IMG/VR virus record: IMGVR_UViG_3300025723_000131
Coordinates: 1-29,500 of that record
Reading direction: 5' to 3' (one strand)
Source: a virus
Lineage: Duplodnaviria > Caudoviricetes
DNA: 29,500 nt
Program-made: the position numbers and the translations under genes
The notes under the pieces: generated by a model
Told to the model about the DNA's origin: nothing
The model's database searches: none
Seen by the model: the letters and a program-made list of their open reading frames with translations, nothing else
Shown: in pieces, positions 1 to 8,079 of the stretch
Numbering within the stretch: position 1 is the first letter of the stretch
Layout of the letters: the number at the start of each line of letters is the position of its first letter

Positions 1-2724
1 AATGGTAGTATTCCAGAAAATGTTCTTATATCTAATGCTACGATTACAAGCTACTCATTAGTTAACAATGCTGTTATTAATGCTGGTGCAACTGGTGTAA
101 TCACTGCTAATGCTGCTGTCCTAACTGGTACCTTCACTACAACTGGTACAATTTCTGGAAATACCATTAATAGTGCCAGAGAATTTTTAGATGATTTACC
201 AACAGCTGAAGTTTCAGCAGGTTATCACGTTATTGTTGCAAATACAACAGGTGCTACATCTTATAATAAAATTACTAGAGTTAATAGCAGTAGATCAATA
301 ACTTTGGATTCAACACCATCTGTTACTGGACCAGCAGGAACCATTAGTGTTTCTTATGATCCAACTTGGTTGTATACAACACCAACTGTAGCTTCACAAA
401 ATCAAGGACTAAGCACATACGCAAAGAGCTTAATCGTCGCTGCTAACCCTCCTTCTTCGTCTCCTACAGTAGGAACATATGTAGTTTTATCCAACACAAC
501 TGTATCGTATGGTACTACAATCACTGGCGTTGAGACTTTCACACCTGGTGCAAGTACAGCTAATGGCTTTGCCATTCATCTAGCAAACAATGCTAGTAAA
601 AATATCGTAGGTTATTCCACTTCATACTCTGCATGGAATATTAATCTCGTACAAGACCCAAGAGTTATTACAAGTGTGACACCATTTACATCTGGGTTGT
701 CAGCAGGCCAGACAATTCTAATTTCTAATACCTCTTCTTCGTATTTTAATGATACAATCTCTTCAGTTGTCAACTCAACAGCATTGATTCTTACCACAGC
801 TTCACCAGTTTATGGTGCTAGCCTTTCTGCTTCAATCAATGGTAATACAGTTGTTACTAGCCCAACTTACTTTACTCAAAACTTCCAGCAAGGTAGTTCA
901 ATAATACTTTCTAATACAACTGGTGGGTTCTCTTACAATATTGTAAAGAGTGTCCCTTCTCCTAACTCTATTATTCTTACTGCTCCTTCTACAGTCAGTG
1001 GTAATGGTAATATCTCAGTAGGTATTAATGGAAGTACTTTGACTAGCCCATCATCCTTTACCAGCACATTGGTTCAAGGTGAAGTTGTAACAGTAGCTAA
1101 TAGCACTGGTGGCGTTTCTTATAGTACCATTAGTACAATTAATAGTAGCAATTCAGTAACATTTACAACTCCACCTTCTATAAGTGGAAGCAATGGTACG
1201 ATTGTATTGAAGGCTTCTTCTACAACATTGACTAGTCCAACATCATTTACTGGTTCACCAAACAATCTTCAGATTGGTCAACCTATTTTGGTTGCTAACT
1301 CATCTTCAGATTACTCAAAGCATTCATATAGCTATATTGCCAGCATTAATAGTGCTAACTCAATTACACTACAAAGTGTGCCAGGAGCAGTAGGAACCAA
1401 TATTAAGGTTGGAATCGTAGGACAAACAATCACTTCTCCTACGCAATTTACAACTCCACTAACAGTTGGTACAGTATTGTATGTTTCTAATACAACAGGA
1501 AGCACACCATTCCAAACCAAGGTTTCATCAATAAACTCTGCAAACTCAATTACAGTGGCAGATATACCTGCTGTGTTTGGTACTTCAATCGCTCTTACAA
1601 CAGGTGGTTCATATCTAGTAAGTGCTTCTAACCCAACATTCTCTTCTACACTTTATCCTGGTGCTTCATTACAGCTTACAGATTCCACAGGTACATCTGT
1701 TCCTGTGACGATTAGTTCTACCAATGCTACATCGGTAAGCTTCGTAACTACACCAAATGTTCTTGGTAGTTCACTTACTGTCCAACAGTTCTTTAAGCAG
1801 GGTGAAGCAATTAACTTAACTGGTTCTGGAAACACAATCAGTCAGGATAGCACCACATCAATGACAATGAACATCTGTACAGCTCTTGATGTTAACACAT
1901 ATAATGTATATGGACAAATTCCATTATTCAGATCTAATGCCAATCCTACAGGCAAGGTAGTAAATAAAGGCCAATATGTAATCATTAATTGTGGTTCAAA
2001 TCTTGGTGGTACTACTGGTCCTTGGGCTTTAGGTATCTCAGATGTGTTTGGTGTTGCTAACGTATATGTTGGTTCTACAGCAAACACAAACAATCCTGAT
2101 TACGGTACATGGTTCAGTGTTGACAATGGCCAAAGAGATGCTTTCTACGGCAATGCAAAATTGAGTCTACTTCCTTCTCACAATGGTGCATTGACAAATA
2201 CTTCTGTGTTATTGGTTAAGTTAAATTGCTTCACACCTAACACAACTGCAACACAAGCTGGTTTCTACTCAGTAGATTCATATCCAATAGATGACGTTAA
2301 TACAGCTAATCTATATGCAATTGCAACTGCTCAAATTCCAATCTATACATCAGTATCTGGCGTATCATATGATCTAAGAAACTTCATTGATACAAGACCT
2401 GTAATGGCTAACACAGCTGTAATTACAAACAATGTTAACCTTGCTACTCAGGATCCAGCTTTAAACAATGGAACCAAAAATGGTTCATGGATATCAAGTG
2501 GGTATAACATCATCCCTGACCCAGATAGTAAGTTTAACTATAGTGCAACATATTACCTACCTAGATTTGATAATTTAATTCTTACAAGTGGTTCACAATT
2601 TATTGCTAGAATGGGTGCTTCAGCAGAACATCCACAGCCACCTACCCTAAATAAAACAGGATTAAATCTAGCTCAGATATACGTACCACCATATCCTTCT
2701 CTAACATTCTCAGAAGCACAGTAA
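1..2724 (+). CDS. VrlC/DUF4815-like large virion (baseplate-region) structural protein, part 1; 5'-truncated by the window edge
   Basis: Frame 1 is open from base 1 (NGSIPENVLISNATITS...), so the TTG at 304 is not the real start. The protein is Ser/Thr-rich with ~60-aa repeats. Its C-terminus has YDLRNFIDTRP and YYLPRFDNLIL...G...P..P...LAQIYVPPYP, motifs I recognise from VrlC-like proteins of T4-like phages. Confidence 0.75.
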   Translation, partial: NGSIPENVLISNATITSYSLVNNAVINAGATGVITANAAVLTGTFTTTGTISGNTINSAREFLDDLPTAEVSAGYHVIVANTTGATSYNKITRVNSSRSITLDSTPSVTGPAGTISVSYDPTWLYTTPTVASQNQGLSTYAKSLIVAANPPSSSPTVGTYVVLSNTTVSYGTTITGVETFTPGASTANGFAIHLANNASKNIVGYSTSYSAWNINLVQDPRVITSVTPFTSGLSAGQTILISNTSSSYFNDTISSVVNSTALILTTASPVYGASLSASINGNTVVTSPTYFTQNFQQGSSIILSNTTGGFSYNIVKSVPSPNSIILTAPSTVSGNGNISVGINGSTLTSPSSFTSTLVQGEVVTVANSTGGVSYSTISTINSSNSVTFTTPPSISGSNGTIVLKASSTTLTSPTSFTGSPNNLQIGQPILVANSSSDYSKHSYSYIASINSANSITLQSVPGAVGTNIKVGIVGQTITSPTQFTTPLTVGTVLYVSNTTGSTPFQTKVSSINSANSITVADIPAVFGTSIALTTGGSYLVSASNPTFSSTLYPGASLQLTDSTGTSVPVTISSTNATSVSFVTTPNVLGSSLTVQQFFKQGEAINLTGSGNTISQDSTTSMTMNICTALDVNTYNVYGQIPLFRSNANPTGKVVNKGQYVIINCGSNLGGTTGPWALGISDVFGVANVYVGSTANTNNPDYGTWFSVDNGQRDAFYGNAKLSLLPSHNGALTNTSVLLVKLNCFTPNTTATQAGFYSVDSYPIDDVNTANLYAIATAQIPIYTSVSGVSYDLRNFIDTRPVMANTAVITNNVNLATQDPALNNGTKNGSWISSGYNIIPDPDSKFNYSATYYLPRFDNLILTSGSQFIARMGASAEHPQPPTLNKTGLNLAQIYVPPYPSLTFSEAQ
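667..1788 (+). repeat. Six tandem ~60-aa protein repeats (TSPTxFT..L..G..I.V.N[ST][ST]G.....I.SINS.NSITL...P.V.G), plus one more copy near 180-330
   Basis: Visible in the translation: ITSVTPFT, VTSPTYFT, LTSPSSFT, LTSPTSFT, ITSPTQFT, VSASNPTFS. The copies are diverged at DNA level. Confidence 0.8.
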
Positions 2725-2728
2725 TAAA

Positions 2729-4114
2729 ATGACATACAACAGACCTGACCTAGCCGTTAAAGTAGATACTACCTCGCTAAGAGGCTATACTATGAAACAA
2801 ATAGGTGGATTGGATTCTAGAATTTCTAGATTAGAGTATTATAGTGTCTTGCAAGCATTGGATACAGATGCTACATCACTATCAATAGCCAATACACAAA
2901 CAGGTATCCAAAGATTTAAGACTGGTATCTTTTCAGATCCATTCAATGATTTTTCTTTGAGTGACATTAGTGATCCTGAATTTAGAATAGCAATTGATTC
3001 TTCTGCATCTATGGCACGTCCTAGATACACCACATCATTATCAAGATACCAATTGGTTGCCTCACAAAGCAGCGGATACAGTTTAAGAGGAAGACTTGGT
3101 TTAGTTAATTACTCTGAAGAAAAGATGGAAGGCAATCCTACTGCTACTACATATAGAAATCCTGCAGAGGGTTATTACTCATTCATGGGTGATCTTGCTT
3201 TGAATCCTAACTATGATAATTATATTGATACAGTACAAGCAGCTCCTCAAAATATTACTGTTAATGAAGTAGATTCATTCCAAAACCTACTATCATCGGG
3301 TCTTGGTATCACTACACAGGATATTAGCACTGTTGCTGCTAAGCCTGTATTGACTGCGCACACATCAACTACTAACTACTGGTCTCAAACTTCTACCACT
3401 ACTGTAAAAGATCTAGCAGTAACAGCTGCAGCAAACCCAGTATCACAAGATTTAGGTGACTTTGTTACAAATGTTACCAATCTTCCTTATATGAATTCAA
3501 GAACAATTGCAATTTATGCTACAGGTATGATGCCAGGTCACACTCTATATGGATTCTTTGACAAGGTACCAGTGTCACAATATTGTGCACCAGCATATGT
3601 AAATCCAATCTATGCAGATGAAAACGGAAACGTTGATAGATCTAAGTGTGGCCAATTGGGTGCTGGTGGAGCACCAGCTCTTCTATTGAAGAATGGTAAT
3701 TATGGTGATCCAATTGTTTCGAATATGTATGGTATGGCTTACTTAATATTTAATTTGCCTGCAGGTATGTTTAGAACAGGTGAAAGATCTTTTGTTCTTA
3801 CTAACGTACAAGATTTGGCTGATACTGGTGGTATTCTTACTTCAGCAACACAGACCTATACAGCATCTGCACAATCAATTACTAGACAAAGTGATTCACT
3901 ATCAATCATTCAACCTACATTTAACTGGAATACAACTACATCTCAAACCACATCAAACTATACTACACATATCGATCCACCACCTCAAAGCGATGGTGGT
4001 AACGATGAACGTGGTGGTGGTAGTCGTGGTAGTGATGGTAATAGTTGCCAAGGTAGTGATCCTGGCAACGGTGGCATTGGTTGTGGCCAGGGTGATGGTG
4101 GTGGTGGTGACTAA
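2729..4114 (+). CDS. VrlC/DUF4815-like structural protein, part 2
   Basis: Contains RGYTMKQIGGLDSRISRLEYYSVL...RFKTGIFSDPF, PYMNSRTI and FRTGERSFVLT, which match the central region of VrlC-like proteins. Ends in a Gly/Asp/Asn/Cys low-complexity tail. Confidence 0.75.
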   Translation: MTYNRPDLAVKVDTTSLRGYTMKQIGGLDSRISRLEYYSVLQALDTDATSLSIANTQTGIQRFKTGIFSDPFNDFSLSDISDPEFRIAIDSSASMARPRYTTSLSRYQLVASQSSGYSLRGRLGLVNYSEEKMEGNPTATTYRNPAEGYYSFMGDLALNPNYDNYIDTVQAAPQNITVNEVDSFQNLLSSGLGITTQDISTVAAKPVLTAHTSTTNYWSQTSTTTVKDLAVTAAANPVSQDLGDFVTNVTNLPYMNSRTIAIYATGMMPGHTLYGFFDKVPVSQYCAPAYVNPIYADENGNVDRSKCGQLGAGGAPALLLKNGNYGDPIVSNMYGMAYLIFNLPAGMFRTGERSFVLTNVQDLADTGGILTSATQTYTASAQSITRQSDSLSIIQPTFNWNTTTSQTTSNYTTHIDPPPQSDGGNDERGGGSRGSDGNSCQGSDPGNGGIGCGQGDGGGGD

Positions 4115-4174
4115 TTGTAATAGATTTAATTACTATACATATAAAAGAAGAAACAAGGTTTTAGGAATTAATTA

Positions 4175-5845
4175 ATGGCTGACGCATTATCACAAAATTT
4201 TTATTTAAACAACAATGCAGATTCACAAACTGTGGGTATACCTGCAACCTACTTAACAAGTATCGGTGTGTTTTTTAAAGCTAAAAGTTCAGTATTAGGT
4301 GTTACGTTAGCTGTCGTTGCAACCAACAATGGTTATCCTGATACCAATCAAATTCTTGGTGGCGTACACTTGAATGCAAATCAAGTTACTGTTAGTGATG
4401 ATTCATCAGCAGAGACAATCTTTACGTTTGTTAATCCACTTGTATTGGATACTACTAAGTTATATTCCTTCTATGTTCTTCCTGACTCTAATAATCCTGA
4501 TTATGCTTTGTGGATTTCTTCTGTTGGTGGTACAGATATTCTAACAGGAATTCCTGTTACATCACAACCTTATTCTGGAACCTTGTTTACATCTTCAAAC
4601 CAACAAACATGGATTCCTATTGTTTCACAAAACTTTAAATTTAATCTTTATAGAGCAAAGTTTAATAATACTAATGCCAAGTTAGTGTTTAGAAATAATC
4701 CTACTGATTATCTTCAGTTAACTAGTTATCAAAGAGCCAATAGTTCTATTGGATTGGCAGTTGGTGACGTCGTGTATGCTGCTAATACTTCCAATACAGC
4801 TCAGATTCTAAGCAACACTAGCATCTATCCTTATGGTACTGTTTCATCATTTAATGAACTTTCACAATTTGTTGAAATTAAGAATACTAATGGTTTGTTC
4901 AATACTACTACATATCCTATATTGAATTTCTTTAGAGTTAAGCAGTATAGTAATGCTTCCCTTCTCACACCTAACAATATGATTGCAACGGCTAACTTAA
5001 TTTCAATAGTAGATCAACATTACCAATCTTTGGTTCCTAAGTTTACGTTGGTAGAACCATCAGGCACATCTACAAACATGGCTCATTATGGTACTGCTAA
5101 TTCTGATGGGTATTATGCATATGATACTAATCAAACAGCTTCTTATGTGACAAATGAAACTAGATATGATTTAAACGATCATGAAAGAGTTATTCTTTCT
5201 TACTCCAATGAAGTTGCAATTGGTGGATATGGTGCAAATGGATCTTCTACTATCGTAATCAATCTCCAGACAGCATCTCAATATGCTTCTCCTGTAATTG
5301 ATCTTGGTACAAAGGCTGTCACTTTTATTGAAAACAACATCAACAACTTGCTTGATAATGAATCAACAAGATATGGTGATGCATTAAACAAATATATCTC
5401 TCAAACAATTTCAATGGATATTACAGCAGAAGATTTCAAGGTGTATGTCACTGGATATAGACCAGCAGGAACAGACATTGTTGTCTATGGTAGATTTAAG
5501 AATAATCATGATGGTAATGTAATTCAATATAATCCATGGTCTAAGATGGTAATGGATCCTTCTCAAGTATCCAAATTTAGTTCACCAAAGAACAAGACGG
5601 ATTTTAATGACTATACTTACACGATGGCTGTAGGCAATACTGTTGTAAATCAAACAATAGCTTACATGGATCCTAATGCAGATATTGGTTCAAATGCAAC
5701 AGCAAATTGCTTGACTTACTATAATACTACAGGTGCATCATTTGTTGGGTTTGATAACTTCCAAATTAAAATGGTATTGACTTCTTCAGACCAAATTAAA
5801 GTACCTACAGTTAAAACACTTGCAGCGATTGCATTGCTTCAATGA
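4175..5845 (+). CDS. VrlC/DUF4815-like structural protein, part 3 (C-terminal region)
   Basis: Starts DALSQNFY...YLTSIGVFFKAK (compare DPLAQSF...FLTS.DLFF..K), contains SPVIDL, and ends FDNFQIKMVLTSS...VPTVKTLAAIAL, the typical VrlC-like C-terminus. Has its own AGGA RBS upstream. Confidence 0.75.
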   Translation: MADALSQNFYLNNNADSQTVGIPATYLTSIGVFFKAKSSVLGVTLAVVATNNGYPDTNQILGGVHLNANQVTVSDDSSAETIFTFVNPLVLDTTKLYSFYVLPDSNNPDYALWISSVGGTDILTGIPVTSQPYSGTLFTSSNQQTWIPIVSQNFKFNLYRAKFNNTNAKLVFRNNPTDYLQLTSYQRANSSIGLAVGDVVYAANTSNTAQILSNTSIYPYGTVSSFNELSQFVEIKNTNGLFNTTTYPILNFFRVKQYSNASLLTPNNMIATANLISIVDQHYQSLVPKFTLVEPSGTSTNMAHYGTANSDGYYAYDTNQTASYVTNETRYDLNDHERVILSYSNEVAIGGYGANGSSTIVINLQTASQYASPVIDLGTKAVTFIENNINNLLDNESTRYGDALNKYISQTISMDITAEDFKVYVTGYRPAGTDIVVYGRFKNNHDGNVIQYNPWSKMVMDPSQVSKFSSPKNKTDFNDYTYTMAVGNTVVNQTIAYMDPNADIGSNATANCLTYYNTTGASFVGFDNFQIKMVLTSSDQIKVPTVKTLAAIALLQ

Positions 5846-6063
5846 GTGAAGGTAAATTTGTATTGAAGCAGAGTGGAATAGTAAATGTCGATCGACAGGC
5901 ACACGATGTTTATTGGCTACAAAGAAAGAATGCTTCCAATGCAAATGACAAAGCAAACAATTCAGAACAAATAAATAATATGGTGGAACAGATTAATCAA
6001 CTTAAACAAGATCAATCTGAAATTAAAGACCTCCTTCTAAAGTTATTGGAAAAAAATAAATGA
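5842..6063 (+). CDS. Small conserved coiled-coil protein (73 aa) of the kind that follows VrlC-like genes in T4-like phages
   Basis: GIVNVD...Y...R followed by heptads INQLKQDQSEIKDLLLKLL. ATGA overlaps with both neighbouring genes. Confidence 0.7.
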   Translation: MSEGKFVLKQSGIVNVDRQAHDVYWLQRKNASNANDKANNSEQINNMVEQINQLKQDQSEIKDLLLKLLEKNK

Positions 6064-7745
6064 CTATACAAGTTTCGACAGTAAACACAGTATCAGATTC
6101 TTTTGGTCAATGGATTGCAAAAACCAACCAAGCTATCGTTGCTGTTAACAACTATAGTGTCACGGTTAATTCCAATACAGCGGTAGGCAATGCCTACATC
6201 ACTGGAATGTATCATTCCAACTCATTATTTGCCAATACAGTATTAACAGTAGGTGGATCCTCTGCTAACATAACTGTCAATGCATCATTTGTAACTGTAC
6301 AATCATCACCTACTCAGAATGTTTTAATTTCTAGTGCTGGTATGGTAATTGGCAGCACTTCATATACACAGACATTAATGACCATTGGTAATACTTCTAT
6401 CAGAGGATCCAATGTTTCATCTGATAGTCTTTATCTTACAACACGAGCTGTTCTTGGTAACACGACTTTTTCAACCACAACTGCATATGCAGATAATTTA
6501 AACACTCGTGTTCTTACAGCATCAGGCAATGCCACGTTTGGTGATAATCAAGCAAACACATATGTTAGTAGAAATGGTATTATAATTTATTCACAACCAC
6601 TAGGTACATGGATTGTTAATACAAATATTACTTCAACTAGTATTTCTACAGTTGACGTTTATGCTAATAATATCCACGGCAATTTAATTGGTAGCTTTGC
6701 TGCTCCTCCTAATGGAGCTCCAATAGTATTCACTGCTAATATGCAATTTTCTGGTTTGTATAACTATTTTGACAATGGTCTTACATCCAATGGTAACGTA
6801 GAAGTATATGGTAATGATGGTGTAGCATCACATTACTTTGCCACAAGCTATTGGCCTACATCTTTCCCTGCATATCCAAGTGTTATGAAGAACTCCAACG
6901 CAGCATTCGTGTATCAAGCAAGTGATACAAGTGTCTGGTTATCAAGAAACATTGTTGATGGTAATTTAATTACATATGGTTCTTCTGCAGACGCACTACA
7001 TTTAGGTACAAATGTTCTTCAATACTACACATATGTAAATGGTACAGCTGGTGTTGCTAACTTATTCACTAGACAGGTACCACTTAGCATTTCAACATCT
7101 TCTGGGTATATTTCTTCTAACAACTTCTCATTGGGCAATACCACGTTCACATCTAACGTAACTGTATATGGTAGTTTGGGTGTTGCTGGTCTTACTAGTG
7201 GTGGTGTGACATTAAAAGCTAATACTACAGGAAGCTCTTATACTCTTACGCTTCCTTCAATTACAGGTACTGCTTCACAAGTATTGACTGCAGATGGTAC
7301 TGGTAAGACATATTGGGCTGCTGTTCCTCTTCCAGGCAACTCGACAATTCAGCAATTGTATAGCTTGGGTGTTGGTACTCCTGCATCTGGTAATCTTGGT
7401 GAAATTAGAGCCACAAATAACATTACCGCATATTATAGCTCTGATGCAAGATTAAAAACAAACGTCACAAACATTGAACATGCGTTAGACAAAGTAATGT
7501 TCTTGAATGGCGTAGAGTTTGATTGGTCAGATCAATACATTGAAGAGTGTGGTGGTGAAGATGGTTACTTTGTAAGAAAGCACGATGTTGGTGTTATTGC
7601 TCAGGAAGTTGAAGCGATCCTTCCAGAGATCGTTGCTACGCGTGATGATGGCTTCAAAGCTGTCAAGTATGATAGATTGGTTTCATTGTTAATCGAAGCT
7701 ATCAAAGAGTTGAAGCAAGAAGTTGACGAATTAAAGAAGAAGTAA
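6060..7745 (+). CDS. Tail fibre/spike protein with C-terminal intramolecular chaperone (peptidase S74) domain
   Basis: SSDARLKTNV cleavage motif, LNGVEFDW, DVGVIAQEVEAILPEIV, VKYDRLVSLLIEAIKEL plus a terminal coiled coil. N-terminal DSFGQWIAKTN attachment-type motif and a beta-rich body. Confidence 0.88.
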   Translation: MTIQVSTVNTVSDSFGQWIAKTNQAIVAVNNYSVTVNSNTAVGNAYITGMYHSNSLFANTVLTVGGSSANITVNASFVTVQSSPTQNVLISSAGMVIGSTSYTQTLMTIGNTSIRGSNVSSDSLYLTTRAVLGNTTFSTTTAYADNLNTRVLTASGNATFGDNQANTYVSRNGIIIYSQPLGTWIVNTNITSTSISTVDVYANNIHGNLIGSFAAPPNGAPIVFTANMQFSGLYNYFDNGLTSNGNVEVYGNDGVASHYFATSYWPTSFPAYPSVMKNSNAAFVYQASDTSVWLSRNIVDGNLITYGSSADALHLGTNVLQYYTYVNGTAGVANLFTRQVPLSISTSSGYISSNNFSLGNTTFTSNVTVYGSLGVAGLTSGGVTLKANTTGSSYTLTLPSITGTASQVLTADGTGKTYWAAVPLPGNSTIQQLYSLGVGTPASGNLGEIRATNNITAYYSSDARLKTNVTNIEHALDKVMFLNGVEFDWSDQYIEECGGEDGYFVRKHDVGVIAQEVEAILPEIVATRDDGFKAVKYDRLVSLLIEAIKELKQEVDELKKK

Positions 7746-7746
7746 A

Positions 7747-8079
7747 ATGTCCGCTATTACAAACCTTACAATTGACCAGGGTTCTGATTTTATTTACTTT
7801 GTTCATGTAGTAAATTCATCTGGTAATACTATTAATCTTTCTTCTTACACTGCTAACTCGCAGATTAGACCTTCATATTCATCTAATGTATTTTACTCTG
7901 CAGTACTAGACATGACTAGCTCAGCAAATGGACAAATAGTGATGACAGTGAATTCACACACATCATCACTATTAACAAATCCAAGATACGTTTATGATTT
8001 GGAGTTAACAAGCAATACAGGAATTGTTTCCAAATTGCTTAGTGGCTTTGTCACTGTCAATCCAAGTGTAACTCGTTAA
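7747..8079 (+). CDS. Small conserved virion structural protein (110 aa, predicted beta-sandwich)
   Basis: NLTIDQGSDF...NLSSYTANSQIR.SYSS...RYVYDLEL...GFVTVNPSVTR, a family common in the tail regions of T4-like phages. Confidence 0.75.
   Translation: MSAITNLTIDQGSDFIYFVHVVNSSGNTINLSSYTANSQIRPSYSSNVFYSAVLDMTSSANGQIVMTVNSHTSSLLTNPRYVYDLELTSNTGIVSKLLSGFVTVNPSVTR

Noticed and set aside
304-306. TTG start for the first ORF
   Set aside because: The frame is open back to base 1 with the same repeat motif upstream, so the gene starts outside the window.
2716-2731. Stop-codon readthrough or alternative genetic code joining ORF1 and ORF2
   Set aside because: There are two tandem TAA stops and a frame change, and the core genes translate intact with the standard code.
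3780-4175. 131-aa alternate-frame ORF with poly-Val bridging VrlC parts 2 and 3
   Set aside because: The poly-Val is the shifted reading of ggt repeats, and the ORF is not in frame with part 3.
5970-5977. AATAAATA as a late promoter for the S74 fibre
   Set aside because: It lies inside a coding region in AT-rich DNA and the downstream gene is already ATGA-coupled. Plausible but unsupported.
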